From: Candidatus Eiseniibacteriota bacterium
GTDB taxonomy: Bacteria; Eisenbacteria; RBG-16-71-46
NCBI GenBank assembly: GCA_963744995.1
Contig: CAVUWA010000011.1
Location: 352,001-416,000 of the forward strand
DNA: 64,000 nt
Reading direction: 5' to 3'
The position numbers and the translations under genes were made by a program. Below, piece by piece: positions 36,652 to 45,834 of the stretch; the stretch's first letter is position 1; each line of letters opens with the position of its first letter. The notes beneath the pieces are model-generated. The model ran no database searches. It was given only the letters and a program-made list of their open reading frames with translations, and was not told where the DNA came from.

Positions 36652-37221
36652 ATGAGATACGCGTTCATCGCAGTATGGCTCGGCTGCGGGCTCATGGCGG
36701 CCGCGCCCGCGGGCGCGGCCGGCGACCTCTACCTGGCGGCCACGGGCGGCCTGCTCGCCGGGCCCGACACCGGGTTTCTCGGCGGGGTGCTGAAGGTGCA
36801 CCGGGACCAGGGGGGCCTCGGCTGCGGCCTCGAGATCGGTTACGGCGGAACGAACCGCGCGCGTCACCCGACGGTGTTCCAGCCCGCCATCTACCCTCCG
36901 CCCGACACCGGGCCACGCGTCCTGCACGCGCACCTGGCGACCCTGATGGTCGTCGGCAAGATGATGGCCGTGAACCCGGGCGGCGGCGCGCGGCTGTATC
37001 TCTCCGGCGGGGCGGGCGTTCAGGATCGTCTGACCTGGTACGGCAGCAGCGGCGTCCTCGGCCCGCAGCACGACGTTCACGCCGTCGTCGCGCTGGGCTT
37101 CGGCCTCGAAGGGACGACGCGTTTCGCGCCGACGGCGGAGTTGCGCGTCATGAACGTATCGAGCGGGACCGACATGGCCCCCGCGGTGGGCATGCTGGTG
37201 GGGCTGGGATTCAGGCCATGA
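36652..37221 (+). CDS. Hypothetical exported (small beta-barrel-like) protein
   Basis: Signal peptide; Gly-rich beta strands; ends VGLGFRP; GAGGTG RBS. Confidence 0.6.
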   Translation: MRYAFIAVWLGCGLMAAAPAGAAGDLYLAATGGLLAGPDTGFLGGVLKVHRDQGGLGCGLEIGYGGTNRARHPTVFQPAIYPPPDTGPRVLHAHLATLMVVGKMMAVNPGGGARLYLSGGAGVQDRLTWYGSSGVLGPQHDVHAVVALGFGLEGTTRFAPTAELRVMNVSSGTDMAPAVGMLVGLGFRP

Positions 37222-37284
37222 GCGCGTCGTGCGTGCGCCCGTGGCGGGGGGCGACCCTCGCCGGAGGAGTCCCGCCCGCCGCGT

Positions 37285-38463
37285 CTAGCGCGGCGCCCGC
37301 TGAATCACCGCCGACAGGGGCACCAGATTGACGCCCTTGAGCTCCCTGGTACTCGTGGCGCCGGGGAGCCAGGCGAGCAGGCTCTCCGACGCCGGCATCC
37401 ACACCATGTAGCGGCCGCGGCGGCGGGCCTGGTCGAGGATCACGTTCCATTCGCGCTCGCGTTCGCGCCGGTCGTTCTTGAAGCGCGCGGGGTCGAACAT
37501 CGCGTTGGGCTCGTCGTAGACGAGCCCCATGTCCGCGGCGAGGTCCTGGCACACGGCGCCGGGCGCGGCCTTCACGTGGATGAACGGCATGTCGCGGCGC
37601 TTGAGCTCCTTGAACACCGAGGTCATCACCGTCATGTCCTGCGTGGCGAGCGAGCCCATGTGGTTGGCTACGGCGGTCACCGGGCCGGATTGCGCGAAAT
37701 GGCGCTTCATCATCGAGGCGACGCGCGACTCGTTCATCGTGACGAGAATCGTGCCGGGCCCGGGATTCACGTTCGGATAGTTGATCGGCTCGAGCGGCAG
37801 CATCAGCACGACTTCGCGGCGCTTGTCGTGTGCGGTGCGGAACATGGCCGAGCTCCAGCGTGCGCCGGGCACGATCGCCGCGGCGAAGGGCACGGGCATG
37901 TCGAACAGCGGCGCGGCGTGGTCGGGATCCTCGCCGAAACCGTAGATCACGATCGCCATGCGCGCCGGCTCGCGATCGGCGTTCTGTGCGTTCACCCTGG
38001 GCGTGGTGACGATCAGCTCGTGCGTGGGCCGGCGGCCGAGGCCGATGATCATCGTCAGGCGGCGCGTGCCGTCGGACTCCGTGCGCTCGCGGCCCGACAG
38101 CACCTCGCCGCCCACCGAATCGAGCCGCCGCGCGATCGCATAGTTGATCTGCAGCAGCGAAGCGCCCGGCGCGAGTCCCGCGTGCCAGCGACGTTCGGGT
38201 TTGCCGCCGTCGACGCGCGTTGCGGAGATGCTGTCGGGGCTGACGTTCATCGCGCGCAGACCGTCCCGGATCTCCCTGCCGAAGATCGCGGCGACGCGCT
38301 TCTCGCCGCCGAGTCCCACGGTCTTCGCGAAGAACACGGCGCCGCGATCCGAGCGCACGAACAGGATGAGCTGGCCGATGGCGAACAGCAGCACCGCGCC
38401 GAGACCGAGCAGCAGCACGGCGCGGGGTTTCGAGAACGGCGAGGATCGCTTTCGTCTGGGCAT
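37285..38463 (-). CDS. Divergent polysaccharide deacetylase (YibQ-like)
   Basis: N-terminal TM; MAIVIYGFG, LPLEP, PGPG, NHMGS. Confidence 0.85.
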   Translation of the reverse strand: MPRRKRSSPFSKPRAVLLLGLGAVLLFAIGQLILFVRSDRGAVFFAKTVGLGGEKRVAAIFGREIRDGLRAMNVSPDSISATRVDGGKPERRWHAGLAPGASLLQINYAIARRLDSVGGEVLSGRERTESDGTRRLTMIIGLGRRPTHELIVTTPRVNAQNADREPARMAIVIYGFGEDPDHAAPLFDMPVPFAAAIVPGARWSSAMFRTAHDKRREVVLMLPLEPINYPNVNPGPGTILVTMNESRVASMMKRHFAQSGPVTAVANHMGSLATQDMTVMTSVFKELKRRDMPFIHVKAAPGAVCQDLAADMGLVYDEPNAMFDPARFKNDRREREREWNVILDQARRRGRYMVWMPASESLLAWLPGATSTRELKGVNLVPLSAVIQRAPR

Positions 38464-38732
38464 GGCGGTTGGTGGGGGCACGTTATGGACCGCCGCGACA
38501 AAGGTCAACGCCGGAAGTCGTTATGGGACAATGCCGAATGCCGTGGGACCGCGACGAATTGAGGAAAAGGTGACACGGCCTCCGGCCGCAGCTCGCGGGT
38601 CGGGGCTTTTTGCACTTCAGTGACACCGCTTTGTGGAGCCGGTGACAGGATTTACACCGATCAGGCCGATATCTATCCCCGTCGGAACGTGTGGCCACAC
38701 GTTCCGCTCGACCTGCCCTGGAGGTGCCTGAC

Positions 38733-39626
38733 ATGAACCGTCGTCTGACCATCACCGCGCTCGCGATCACCGCGCTCGCCGGAACGTGGGCCGTCGTCTC
38801 GTTCGCCTGCGACCATTCGAAGACCACGACCGCGTCCGCCACGACCGCTGCGGCCGCGAAGGGCGAGTGTCCGTATGCCCACGGCGCCAACGTCACCGCC
38901 GAGGTGAAGGGCCAGTGCCCTTACACCCACGGCGCGAACGTCACCGCCGACGCGCACGGCGCCTGCTCGACGTCGAAATCGGCGGCGGTCGCCGCCGGGG
39001 CTTCGAGCTCCTGCGTCACCTCGACCACCTCCGCGATGGCGGCCAGCGCCTCGGGGGTCTGCCAGCACGCGAACGGCGCAGCGGCCGACCACTGCGCCGG
39101 CATGAAGGCCAGCGGCGCGACGGCCGTCAGCGAAGGCTGCGCGATCTCGAAGGCCTCCGCCGCGGTGTACGCCGGCGCGGGCAAGGTCGACGCGGTCGCG
39201 ACCGGCGGCGCCAGCTGCCCGCACAATCACGGCGCGAGCACCATGGCGACCAGGACCGGGTGCGCGATCTGTGACGAGTACGCGTCGTGCGACGAACGGC
39301 TCGCCAAGGCGGGCGCCGTGACGCAGGTCGTGCCGCTCAAGAACGGCGTGATGTTCGTCTACACGGCGAGCGTCGAGAACCAGGCGCACGCGGTCCAGGC
39401 CGCGGTGCATCGCCGCAACGACCGCATCGCCGAGATCGCTTCGACGGGCGGCGACGTGCCGCTCTGCGACGGGTGCAGGGCGATGCGCGGCGCGATGGCG
39501 AGCGGCAAGCTCCATCGCGAAGTCGTGAATATCGAGGGCGGGTCGCTGACGCTCGTGACGTCGGAAGATCCCACGGTCGTGAAGGCGCTGCAGGAGTACA
39601 GCGGCGTCCAGACCGTGAAGAGCTGA
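38733..39626 (+). CDS. Cys-rich exported hypothetical protein
   Basis: GGAGG RBS; signal peptide; CPYxHG repeats; CxxC motifs. Confidence 0.8.
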   Translation: MNRRLTITALAITALAGTWAVVSFACDHSKTTTASATTAAAAKGECPYAHGANVTAEVKGQCPYTHGANVTADAHGACSTSKSAAVAAGASSSCVTSTTSAMAASASGVCQHANGAAADHCAGMKASGATAVSEGCAISKASAAVYAGAGKVDAVATGGASCPHNHGASTMATRTGCAICDEYASCDERLAKAGAVTQVVPLKNGVMFVYTASVENQAHAVQAAVHRRNDRIAEIASTGGDVPLCDGCRAMRGAMASGKLHREVVNIEGGSLTLVTSEDPTVVKALQEYSGVQTVKS

Positions 39627-39650
39627 ACGCCCCACAACTTCCAGGGCGAG

Positions 39651-39687
39651 GGGCCGGCCCGTTCGCTTCGTTCGGGCCGGTCCTTTT
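39651..39687 (+). terminator. Intrinsic terminator
   Basis: GGGCCGGCCCG...CGGGCCGGTCC stem followed by TTTT. Confidence 0.65.
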
Positions 39688-39751
39688 CTATGGGGCGAGG
39701 GGGCCGTGGCGGCGCATTGCCACGGCTATGACACCGGTCTAGGGTCCCTGC

Positions 39752-41335
39752 ATGGCGGAGTCGCCGATCACCAGACGCATCATTCCGCTGGTCGCGCTCG
39801 GCGTGGGCCTGCCTGCCCTGCTGCTGGCGGGGCTGGGCATCGCGCTCACGCTGCGCGTTGCGCGCGCCGTCGAACGGGACACGATGCGCTACAACTCCTA
39901 CCTGGCGCACCAGGTCGTCGCCGCCTACGAGCAGGAGCTGATGATCCACCTGCGCTCGGCCGTGCGCCCGGCCGAGAACGCGGCGCGGATCAACGGCTCG
40001 ATCGGCGACATCATGGCGGCGCTCGCGGACGGCAGCGGCGAGTTCGACGGACCGCACTTCGTCTCGATCTCCGAGCTCAACGACTACACGCTGCTCATCG
40101 TCGAATCGCAGCCCCTGATCTACGCACCCGGCGGCCCGACGCGGCCGAAGGAATACTTCGCGGGCGTGCTGCTGCGCGACGGCGAGGGGCGGATCATCGG
40201 CGCCGGCGGCTGGTGGATCAACGCCCGCGAATTCCTCGAAGCGCACCTCGAGGACGTGGTGCGCGAACGGCTGCCGTCGAATCCGCGCATGTACGGCGGC
40301 ATCGAATCCACGCGCCGGCTGAGCGTCGCGCTGCTCGGTCCGTCCGGCGAGCGGCTGGCGCGGGTGCGCGACCCGGAGAGCCGGCGCACCGCCCGGACGG
40401 CGCAGCTGACCGGTCCGTTCGAGGGCTATACCGTGCAGGTGGCCGCGACGAGCGACGCCCCCGTGGTGTGGACCGAGCGCTATGCGCTGATCCAGATGGC
40501 GTTCATCGCGGCGATGGCGATGGCGATCCTGCTCGCCACCGTGTTCGGGCTGCGCTACATCACCCGGCAGCTCGAGCTGGCGCAGCTCAAGGCCGGCTTC
40601 GTCTCGAACGTGACCCACGAGCTCAAGACCCCGATCGCGCTGATCCGGCTCGCGGTCGAGACGCTCGAGCTGGGGCGCTTCCGCACGCCGGAGGAGTCGC
40701 AGAAATTCATCCAGTCGATCGGCCGCGAGACGCAGCGGCTGTCGCAGCTCGTGGACAACATTCTCGACTTCGCCAAGCTCGAAGCGGGCCAGCGGGCATT
40801 GAAGATGACCCGGGTGGATGCGAACGACGTGGTCCGCGACGCGCTGGAGACGCTGGCGCCGCGCTTCGAAAGCCTCGGTTTCCGCGTCGAATCGCACGTC
40901 GCGCCCGCCCTGCCGCCGGTGCAGGCGGACCCGCGGGCGCTGTCCCATTGCGTGCTCAACCTGCTCGACAACGCGATCAAGTACTCTAAGGAGCGCCGCG
41001 AGGTGCAGGTGGAGACCGGGACGCGCGGCGGGGACGTCCGGATCGCCGTGTCGGACCACGGGATCGGCATCTCGTCCGCGGACCAGAAACGGATCTTCGA
41101 GAAGTTCGTGCGGGTGCAGACCGGGCTCGTGCACGACGTCAAGGGCGCCGGGCTCGGACTTTCGCTCGTGGATCAGATCATGCGTGCCCACGGCGGGCGC
41201 GTCGAAGTGACCAGTACGGAAGGTCAGGGCAGTACGTTCACTTTGATTCTGCCGGTGGCGGTGATGGAGACGCCCAGGCAGGAGCCGACACTTCAGGCCG
41301 GCTCATTGAGGTCGACTCCAGGAGAATCCACATGA
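39752..41335 (+). CDS. Sensor histidine kinase
   Basis: Two TMs; VTHELKTP, NLLDNAIKY, DHGIG, GAGLGL. Confidence 0.95.
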   Translation: MAESPITRRIIPLVALGVGLPALLLAGLGIALTLRVARAVERDTMRYNSYLAHQVVAAYEQELMIHLRSAVRPAENAARINGSIGDIMAALADGSGEFDGPHFVSISELNDYTLLIVESQPLIYAPGGPTRPKEYFAGVLLRDGEGRIIGAGGWWINAREFLEAHLEDVVRERLPSNPRMYGGIESTRRLSVALLGPSGERLARVRDPESRRTARTAQLTGPFEGYTVQVAATSDAPVVWTERYALIQMAFIAAMAMAILLATVFGLRYITRQLELAQLKAGFVSNVTHELKTPIALIRLAVETLELGRFRTPEESQKFIQSIGRETQRLSQLVDNILDFAKLEAGQRALKMTRVDANDVVRDALETLAPRFESLGFRVESHVAPALPPVQADPRALSHCVLNLLDNAIKYSKERREVQVETGTRGGDVRIAVSDHGIGISSADQKRIFEKFVRVQTGLVHDVKGAGLGLSLVDQIMRAHGGRVEVTSTEGQGSTFTLILPVAVMETPRQEPTLQAGSLRSTPGEST

Positions 41336-42039
41336 AACGCGTGTTGATCGTTGAGGACGAGGAGGGCCTGCTCGAGGGTCTCGCCCACAACTTCAAGTAC
41401 GAAGGTTACGAAGTCATGACGGCGAAGACCGGACAGGAGGGCCTGCGCATGGCCCTCAAGCAGAAGCCCGACGTGGTCGTGCTCGACATCATGCTTCCGG
41501 AGAAGGACGGGTTCACCGTGCTCAAGGAGCTGCGCCAGCGGCACCGCGACATCCCGGTGCTGGTGATGACGGCGCGCAACTTCGAGGCCGACGTGCTCAA
41601 GGGCTTCGACCTCGGCGCGGACGACTACGTGACCAAGCCCTTCGGCATCAAGGAGCTGATGGCGCGCGTGAAGCGTCTTGCCCAGCGCGGCCCGAGCGGC
41701 GCGCCGGCGCCCGGTCCGACGGTGTATTCATTCGGCGACGTCGAGGTGAAGTTCGAGGCGCGCGAAGTCTACAAGGCGGGCACGCAGGTCGCCCTGTCGT
41801 TCAAGGAATTCGAGCTGCTCAAGTATCTGATCGAGCATCGCGGGCGCACCGTGTCGCGCGAGGAACTGCTCGAAGAGATCTGGGGCGTGGACGAAGAGCT
41901 CGGCGTGACGACGCGCACCGTGGACACCCACGTGTCGAACCTGCGCTCGAAGCTCGGCGCCGGATTCGACCAGCCGTTCATCGTCGCGGTCCACAAGGTG
42001 GGCTACAAGTTCGTGGAGCCGGAAGGCGCGCGGATGTAA
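41332..42039 (+). CDS. OmpR/PhoB family response regulator
   Basis: VEDE, LDIMLP, GADDYVTKPF, RTVDTHV, GYKF. Confidence 0.96.
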   Translation: MKRVLIVEDEEGLLEGLAHNFKYEGYEVMTAKTGQEGLRMALKQKPDVVVLDIMLPEKDGFTVLKELRQRHRDIPVLVMTARNFEADVLKGFDLGADDYVTKPFGIKELMARVKRLAQRGPSGAPAPGPTVYSFGDVEVKFEAREVYKAGTQVALSFKEFELLKYLIEHRGRTVSREELLEEIWGVDEELGVTTRTVDTHVSNLRSKLGAGFDQPFIVAVHKVGYKFVEPEGARM

Positions 42040-42083
42040 CCGGGGCGCGGGCGCGCCCGCCGCGGTCCGGGGGCGCCCCTCGC

Positions 42084-43010
42084 TCAAACCTCCACGTAAT
42101 CCGCCGCGGCGCGCGCCAGGCGCGCGAACTCCTCGAGCGTGAGCGTTTCGCCCCGGCGCTGCGGGGCGATGGCGGCGTGGCGGCACAGGCGCTCGACCTT
42201 GTCCTTCGCGAGGCCCAGGGATTCGGCCAGCGTGTTCATCAGCTGCTTGCGCCGCATGTGGAACGAGCCGCGGATGATGCGGAACAGCAGCGCCTCGCTC
42301 GGTGTCTCGACCGGTGGATGGTCGCGCACGAAGAACCGCACCAGCATGCTGTCCACGTCGGGGCGCGGCCAGAACGCCGACGACTTGATCGTCATCATCG
42401 GTTCGAGCAGCGCGTGGTAGCGCGCAAACAGCGTGAGGCTGCCGTAGGCCGGCGTCCCGGCCGCGGCGGCGAGCCGGTCGGCGTACTCCTTCTGCACGAG
42501 CAGCACCGCGCTGCGTATCACGCTCTGGTGCGCGAAGATGTGTTCGATGATCGGCGTCGTGATGTTGTACGGAATGTTGCCGACGATCGCGAGCTTCTCG
42601 ACGCCGGCCGCGTGCGCCGCGGCGGCGAGGTCGAACTCGAGGAAGTCGCCGGACACGATCTCGATGCGCGGAAATCCCTGCAGGGACTCCTGCAGCAGCT
42701 CGACCAGGCCGCGATCCTTCTCGACCGCGATCAGGTGCCGCACGCGGCTCGCGATGCGCGGGGTGAGCGCCCCCGCGCCCGGGCCGATTTCGACGACCAC
42801 GTCATCGGGGCGCAGATGACAGTGCTCGACGATCCGGTCGGCGATGTCGTCACGCACCATGAAGTTCTGCCCGAAGCGCTTGCGCGGCGAGAGCCCGTGC
42901 TCGGCGAGCCGGTCCCGCACGCGCGCGAGCTCGCTGCCCTCCTGATCGGCGCGGCGGCGGACGTAGCGGGAAACGCGGGGCGAGGTGGGCGACTTCGGGC
43001 GGGCACACAT
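42084..43010 (-). CDS. rsmA: 16S rRNA dimethyladenosine transferase RsmA/KsgA
   Basis: KRFGQNF, VEIGPGAG, GNIPYNIT, FWPRPDVDS. Confidence 0.95.
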   Translation of the reverse strand: MCARPKSPTSPRVSRYVRRRADQEGSELARVRDRLAEHGLSPRKRFGQNFMVRDDIADRIVEHCHLRPDDVVVEIGPGAGALTPRIASRVRHLIAVEKDRGLVELLQESLQGFPRIEIVSGDFLEFDLAAAAHAAGVEKLAIVGNIPYNITTPIIEHIFAHQSVIRSAVLLVQKEYADRLAAAAGTPAYGSLTLFARYHALLEPMMTIKSSAFWPRPDVDSMLVRFFVRDHPPVETPSEALLFRIIRGSFHMRRKQLMNTLAESLGLAKDKVERLCRHAAIAPQRRGETLTLEEFARLARAAADYVEV

Positions 43011-43053
43011 GCCCGCAGTGTAGGGGGCGGGCCGCCGAGGTGAAAGGCGGCGG

Positions 43054-44121
43054 CTAGGCCACCGAGCGAATCGCGCCGCCTTCGAGGACTTCCTTCGCGA
43101 TGTCGCGCGCGTAACGGTCTTCGGAACGCTCGGCGGCGTGGCGCAGCGCTTCGAGGCCTTCGGCGCCGAGCTCGGCCAGCGCGTAGGCGGCGTGCCGCCT
43201 GACCCACCAGGACTCGTCGGTGAGCCGGCCGGTGAGCGCGTAGACGGCCACCGGCACCTTCGCGCGGCCGAGCGCCCACGCCGCCTGCGCACGGACCTGC
43301 CACGCACGATCCTTGAGCGCCGCCATGAGGCCGTTGACGCAGTGCGCGGCGTGCATGCGGCCGAGCGCACGCGCGGCCGAGACGCGCATGTCCATCGACG
43401 CGGCGGTCAGACGCCGCTCGAGGTGCGCCGCGGCGGCGACGTCGCCGATGTGGCCGAGCGCCTCGACGATCGCCCGCTCGAGCCGCGGCGCGTCCTGAAG
43501 ACCGTCGAGCGCCTCGACCAGCAGCGTGAACGCTCCGGGGCCGAACGCGGTGAGCAGCGCGCTCCACTGCTTCATCGAGCGCCGGCGCAGTCGCTCGGGA
43601 TGCTCGAGCAGCCAGGCGAGCGCGCGCAGATCGCCGTAGCGCGCGAGCGAGCGGGCGCAGGCAAAGCTGAGGATCTCGGGACCGCCGACCAGCGCGCGGC
43701 GCAGCGCGCGGCGCGAGGCCTGGGCGCGCACCAGAGAGAGGCGGCGCGCCGCCAGCTCGCCCCGCCACGGTGAGTCGTCGCGCAGCGCACGGCGCTCGCT
43801 CGCGATGTGGCGGCTCGAGGCGAGCGCCTTCGACAGCCGCAGCCACTCGGGTCGCGCCAGGCGGGCCGCGAACGGCTCGAGCGCGCTCCAGAACGTTCCG
43901 GAGGGCACGTCGTCGATGGCCTCGCGCAGCTCGTGCAGCGCGCGGCGGCCGTCCACGTACGAGGCGAACTCGCGCGCGAGGTCCTGAGCCCGTTGCCGCA
44001 CGCGCCGTCGCTCGCGTCGTGCATACGCACGCGCGAAGAGCACCGCGAGGGTGATGCAGCCGAGGACGACGGCGAACGCCATGGGCCAGGGCAGCGTGAT
44101 GTCGGTCCCGGGGTCCAGCAT
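43054..44121 (-). CDS. Membrane-anchored HEAT-repeat protein
   Basis: N-terminal TM; repeats VRVSAARALG, VRAQAAWALG, VRRHAAYAL. Confidence 0.8.
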   Translation of the reverse strand: MLDPGTDITLPWPMAFAVVLGCITLAVLFARAYARRERRRVRQRAQDLAREFASYVDGRRALHELREAIDDVPSGTFWSALEPFAARLARPEWLRLSKALASSRHIASERRALRDDSPWRGELAARRLSLVRAQASRRALRRALVGGPEILSFACARSLARYGDLRALAWLLEHPERLRRRSMKQWSALLTAFGPGAFTLLVEALDGLQDAPRLERAIVEALGHIGDVAAAAHLERRLTAASMDMRVSAARALGRMHAAHCVNGLMAALKDRAWQVRAQAAWALGRAKVPVAVYALTGRLTDESWWVRRHAAYALAELGAEGLEALRHAAERSEDRYARDIAKEVLEGGAIRSVA

Positions 44122-44240
44122 GGTTCGCGGGTTATCGGCGGGTCCGGGCGGCCGCTTGAGCAGCGCGCGGGCCGGCCGCGGTGCGGACGCCGGGGGGGGC
44201 GGCCCCCGGCCACGGCGGCGGCCCCGCGGGCCGGCCGCGT

Positions 44241-44975
44241 CTAGCCCTTGAGGTAGTAGTCGACGGTCGTCACGACCCGAAGCACTTTGTGCAGCTGGCG
44301 CTCTTCCTGGATGCCCGGGGCCTGATCGCGCGGCAGGATCACGAAGACGCCCTGATTGGCGCGGCGGATGCCGCCGAGCCGGCTCCTCGAATCCTTCGCG
44401 AACTGCGCCGCCGCCTCGCGCGCGCGCCCGGTCGCCTCGGCGATCATCTCGGGCTTCAGGTCGTTGAGCCGCGTGAACAGGAACGTCGGCGTGTTGTCGC
44501 CGTAGCCCGTGCCGGAGCCGAGCACCACGCCGGCTTCGACCAGCGCGCCCACCTTCTGGTGCGCGGCGAGCACGACCGACGGATCCGAGGAACGCACCAT
44601 CAGGCGCTGCGTGATGATGTAGCGGCTCGTGGTGTTGCCCTGCTGACCGTAAGGGTTCGCCAGGCGGTCGGCGACCTGCAGATCCTGAAGCTCGACCTGG
44701 CTGGTGTCGATGGCCTGCGCGTACAGGAACCGCATCACCTTGCGGCGGCTGGACTCGATCTTCGCCTGGGCCTGGCCGAGGTCGTCGCTGGTGGCGACGT
44801 AGGACAGCGGCCACAGGGCGAGATCGGCATCCACCTCGCGCTCGGAGACGCCCTTCACGGTGACGAAGCGGTCGCCGAGTCGCGCGCGTGCGAAGCCGTC
44901 GCCGATGAACCAGCCGCCGGCCACGACGGCGATGGCGAGCGCCCACAGGGCGAGCGTCGAAGCTCTTCCTTCCAC
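44241..44975 (-). CDS. SIMPL (DUF541) domain protein
   Basis: VTVKGVSEREVDADLALW, LNDLKPEMI, ANQGVF, KVLRVVTTVDY. Confidence 0.9.
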   Translation of the reverse strand: MEGRASTLALWALAIAVVAGGWFIGDGFARARLGDRFVTVKGVSEREVDADLALWPLSYVATSDDLGQAQAKIESSRRKVMRFLYAQAIDTSQVELQDLQVADRLANPYGQQGNTTSRYIITQRLMVRSSDPSVVLAAHQKVGALVEAGVVLGSGTGYGDNTPTFLFTRLNDLKPEMIAEATGRAREAAAQFAKDSRSRLGGIRRANQGVFVILPRDQAPGIQEERQLHKVLRVVTTVDYYLKG

Positions 44976-45042
44976 GTGTGTGTCTCCAGTGTGCCGCCGG
45001 CGGGCGGTGCGGCGCGGCCGGGAAACGGGCGCGCGACGCCGT

Positions 45043-45834
45043 TCAGGCGGTTCCGTGAGGCAGCGTTCCGGCGCCGATCGGCAGCCGGAACAGGGCCTTT
45101 GCGTTTTCCGTGGTGACCCGCACCGCCTCGGCCGCAGTCCAGCCGCGCAGCTCGCACAGGCGCTTCACGACCCGCGGCAGCAGCGCGGGCTCGTTGCGCC
45201 GCAGCGAGCGCGGCTCGGGCTCGAGGTACGGGGCGTCGGTTTCGAGCATCAGCATCTCCGCGGGCGCCTCGCGCACGGCGGCTTCCAGTTCCGCGTGCCC
45301 GTAGGTGAGCACGCCGCCAAGGCCGAGCTTGAAGCCGAGCGCCTGCGCGCGCGCGACCGCCCGGGCGTCGTCGTCGAAGCAGTGCAGCACGCCGCCGGCC
45401 GCGGGGCGCGTCTCTTCGAGGATCGCGAGCGTGTCCTCGAGCGCCGCGCGCTGGTGGATCACGACGGGCAGCCCGAGCTCGTCGGCGAGTGCGATCTGCG
45501 CGCGGAACCACTTCTCCTGATCGGCGCGGGGCGCGTAGTCACGGTAGAAGTCGAGGCCGGTCTCGCCGATCGCCACCACACGCGGATGCCGGGCATGGTC
45601 GCGCAGGGTCGCGAGGTAGTCGTCGCCGACGCGCGCGGATTCGCTGGGGTGAACGCCGACGGCGAGGAACAGGTTGGGATGCGCGGCGGCGAGCGCGTGG
45701 GCTCTGGACACGATCTCCGGCGCGTAGGCGATCTCGATCACGTGCCGCACACCGGCATCGAAGGCGCGCGCGAACACGGCATCGCGATCCTTGTCGAAGC
45801 GCCTGTCGGCGAGATGGCAGTGGGTGTCGATCAC
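45043..45834 (-). CDS. tatD: TatD family nuclease
   Basis: IDTHCH, GVHP, IGETGLDF, VLHCF, ETDAPYL. Confidence 0.95.
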   Translation of the reverse strand: MIDTHCHLADRRFDKDRDAVFARAFDAGVRHVIEIAYAPEIVSRAHALAAAHPNLFLAVGVHPSESARVGDDYLATLRDHARHPRVVAIGETGLDFYRDYAPRADQEKWFRAQIALADELGLPVVIHQRAALEDTLAILEETRPAAGGVLHCFDDDARAVARAQALGFKLGLGGVLTYGHAELEAAVREAPAEMLMLETDAPYLEPEPRSLRRNEPALLPRVVKRLCELRGWTAAEAVRVTTENAKALFRLPIGAGTLPHGTA

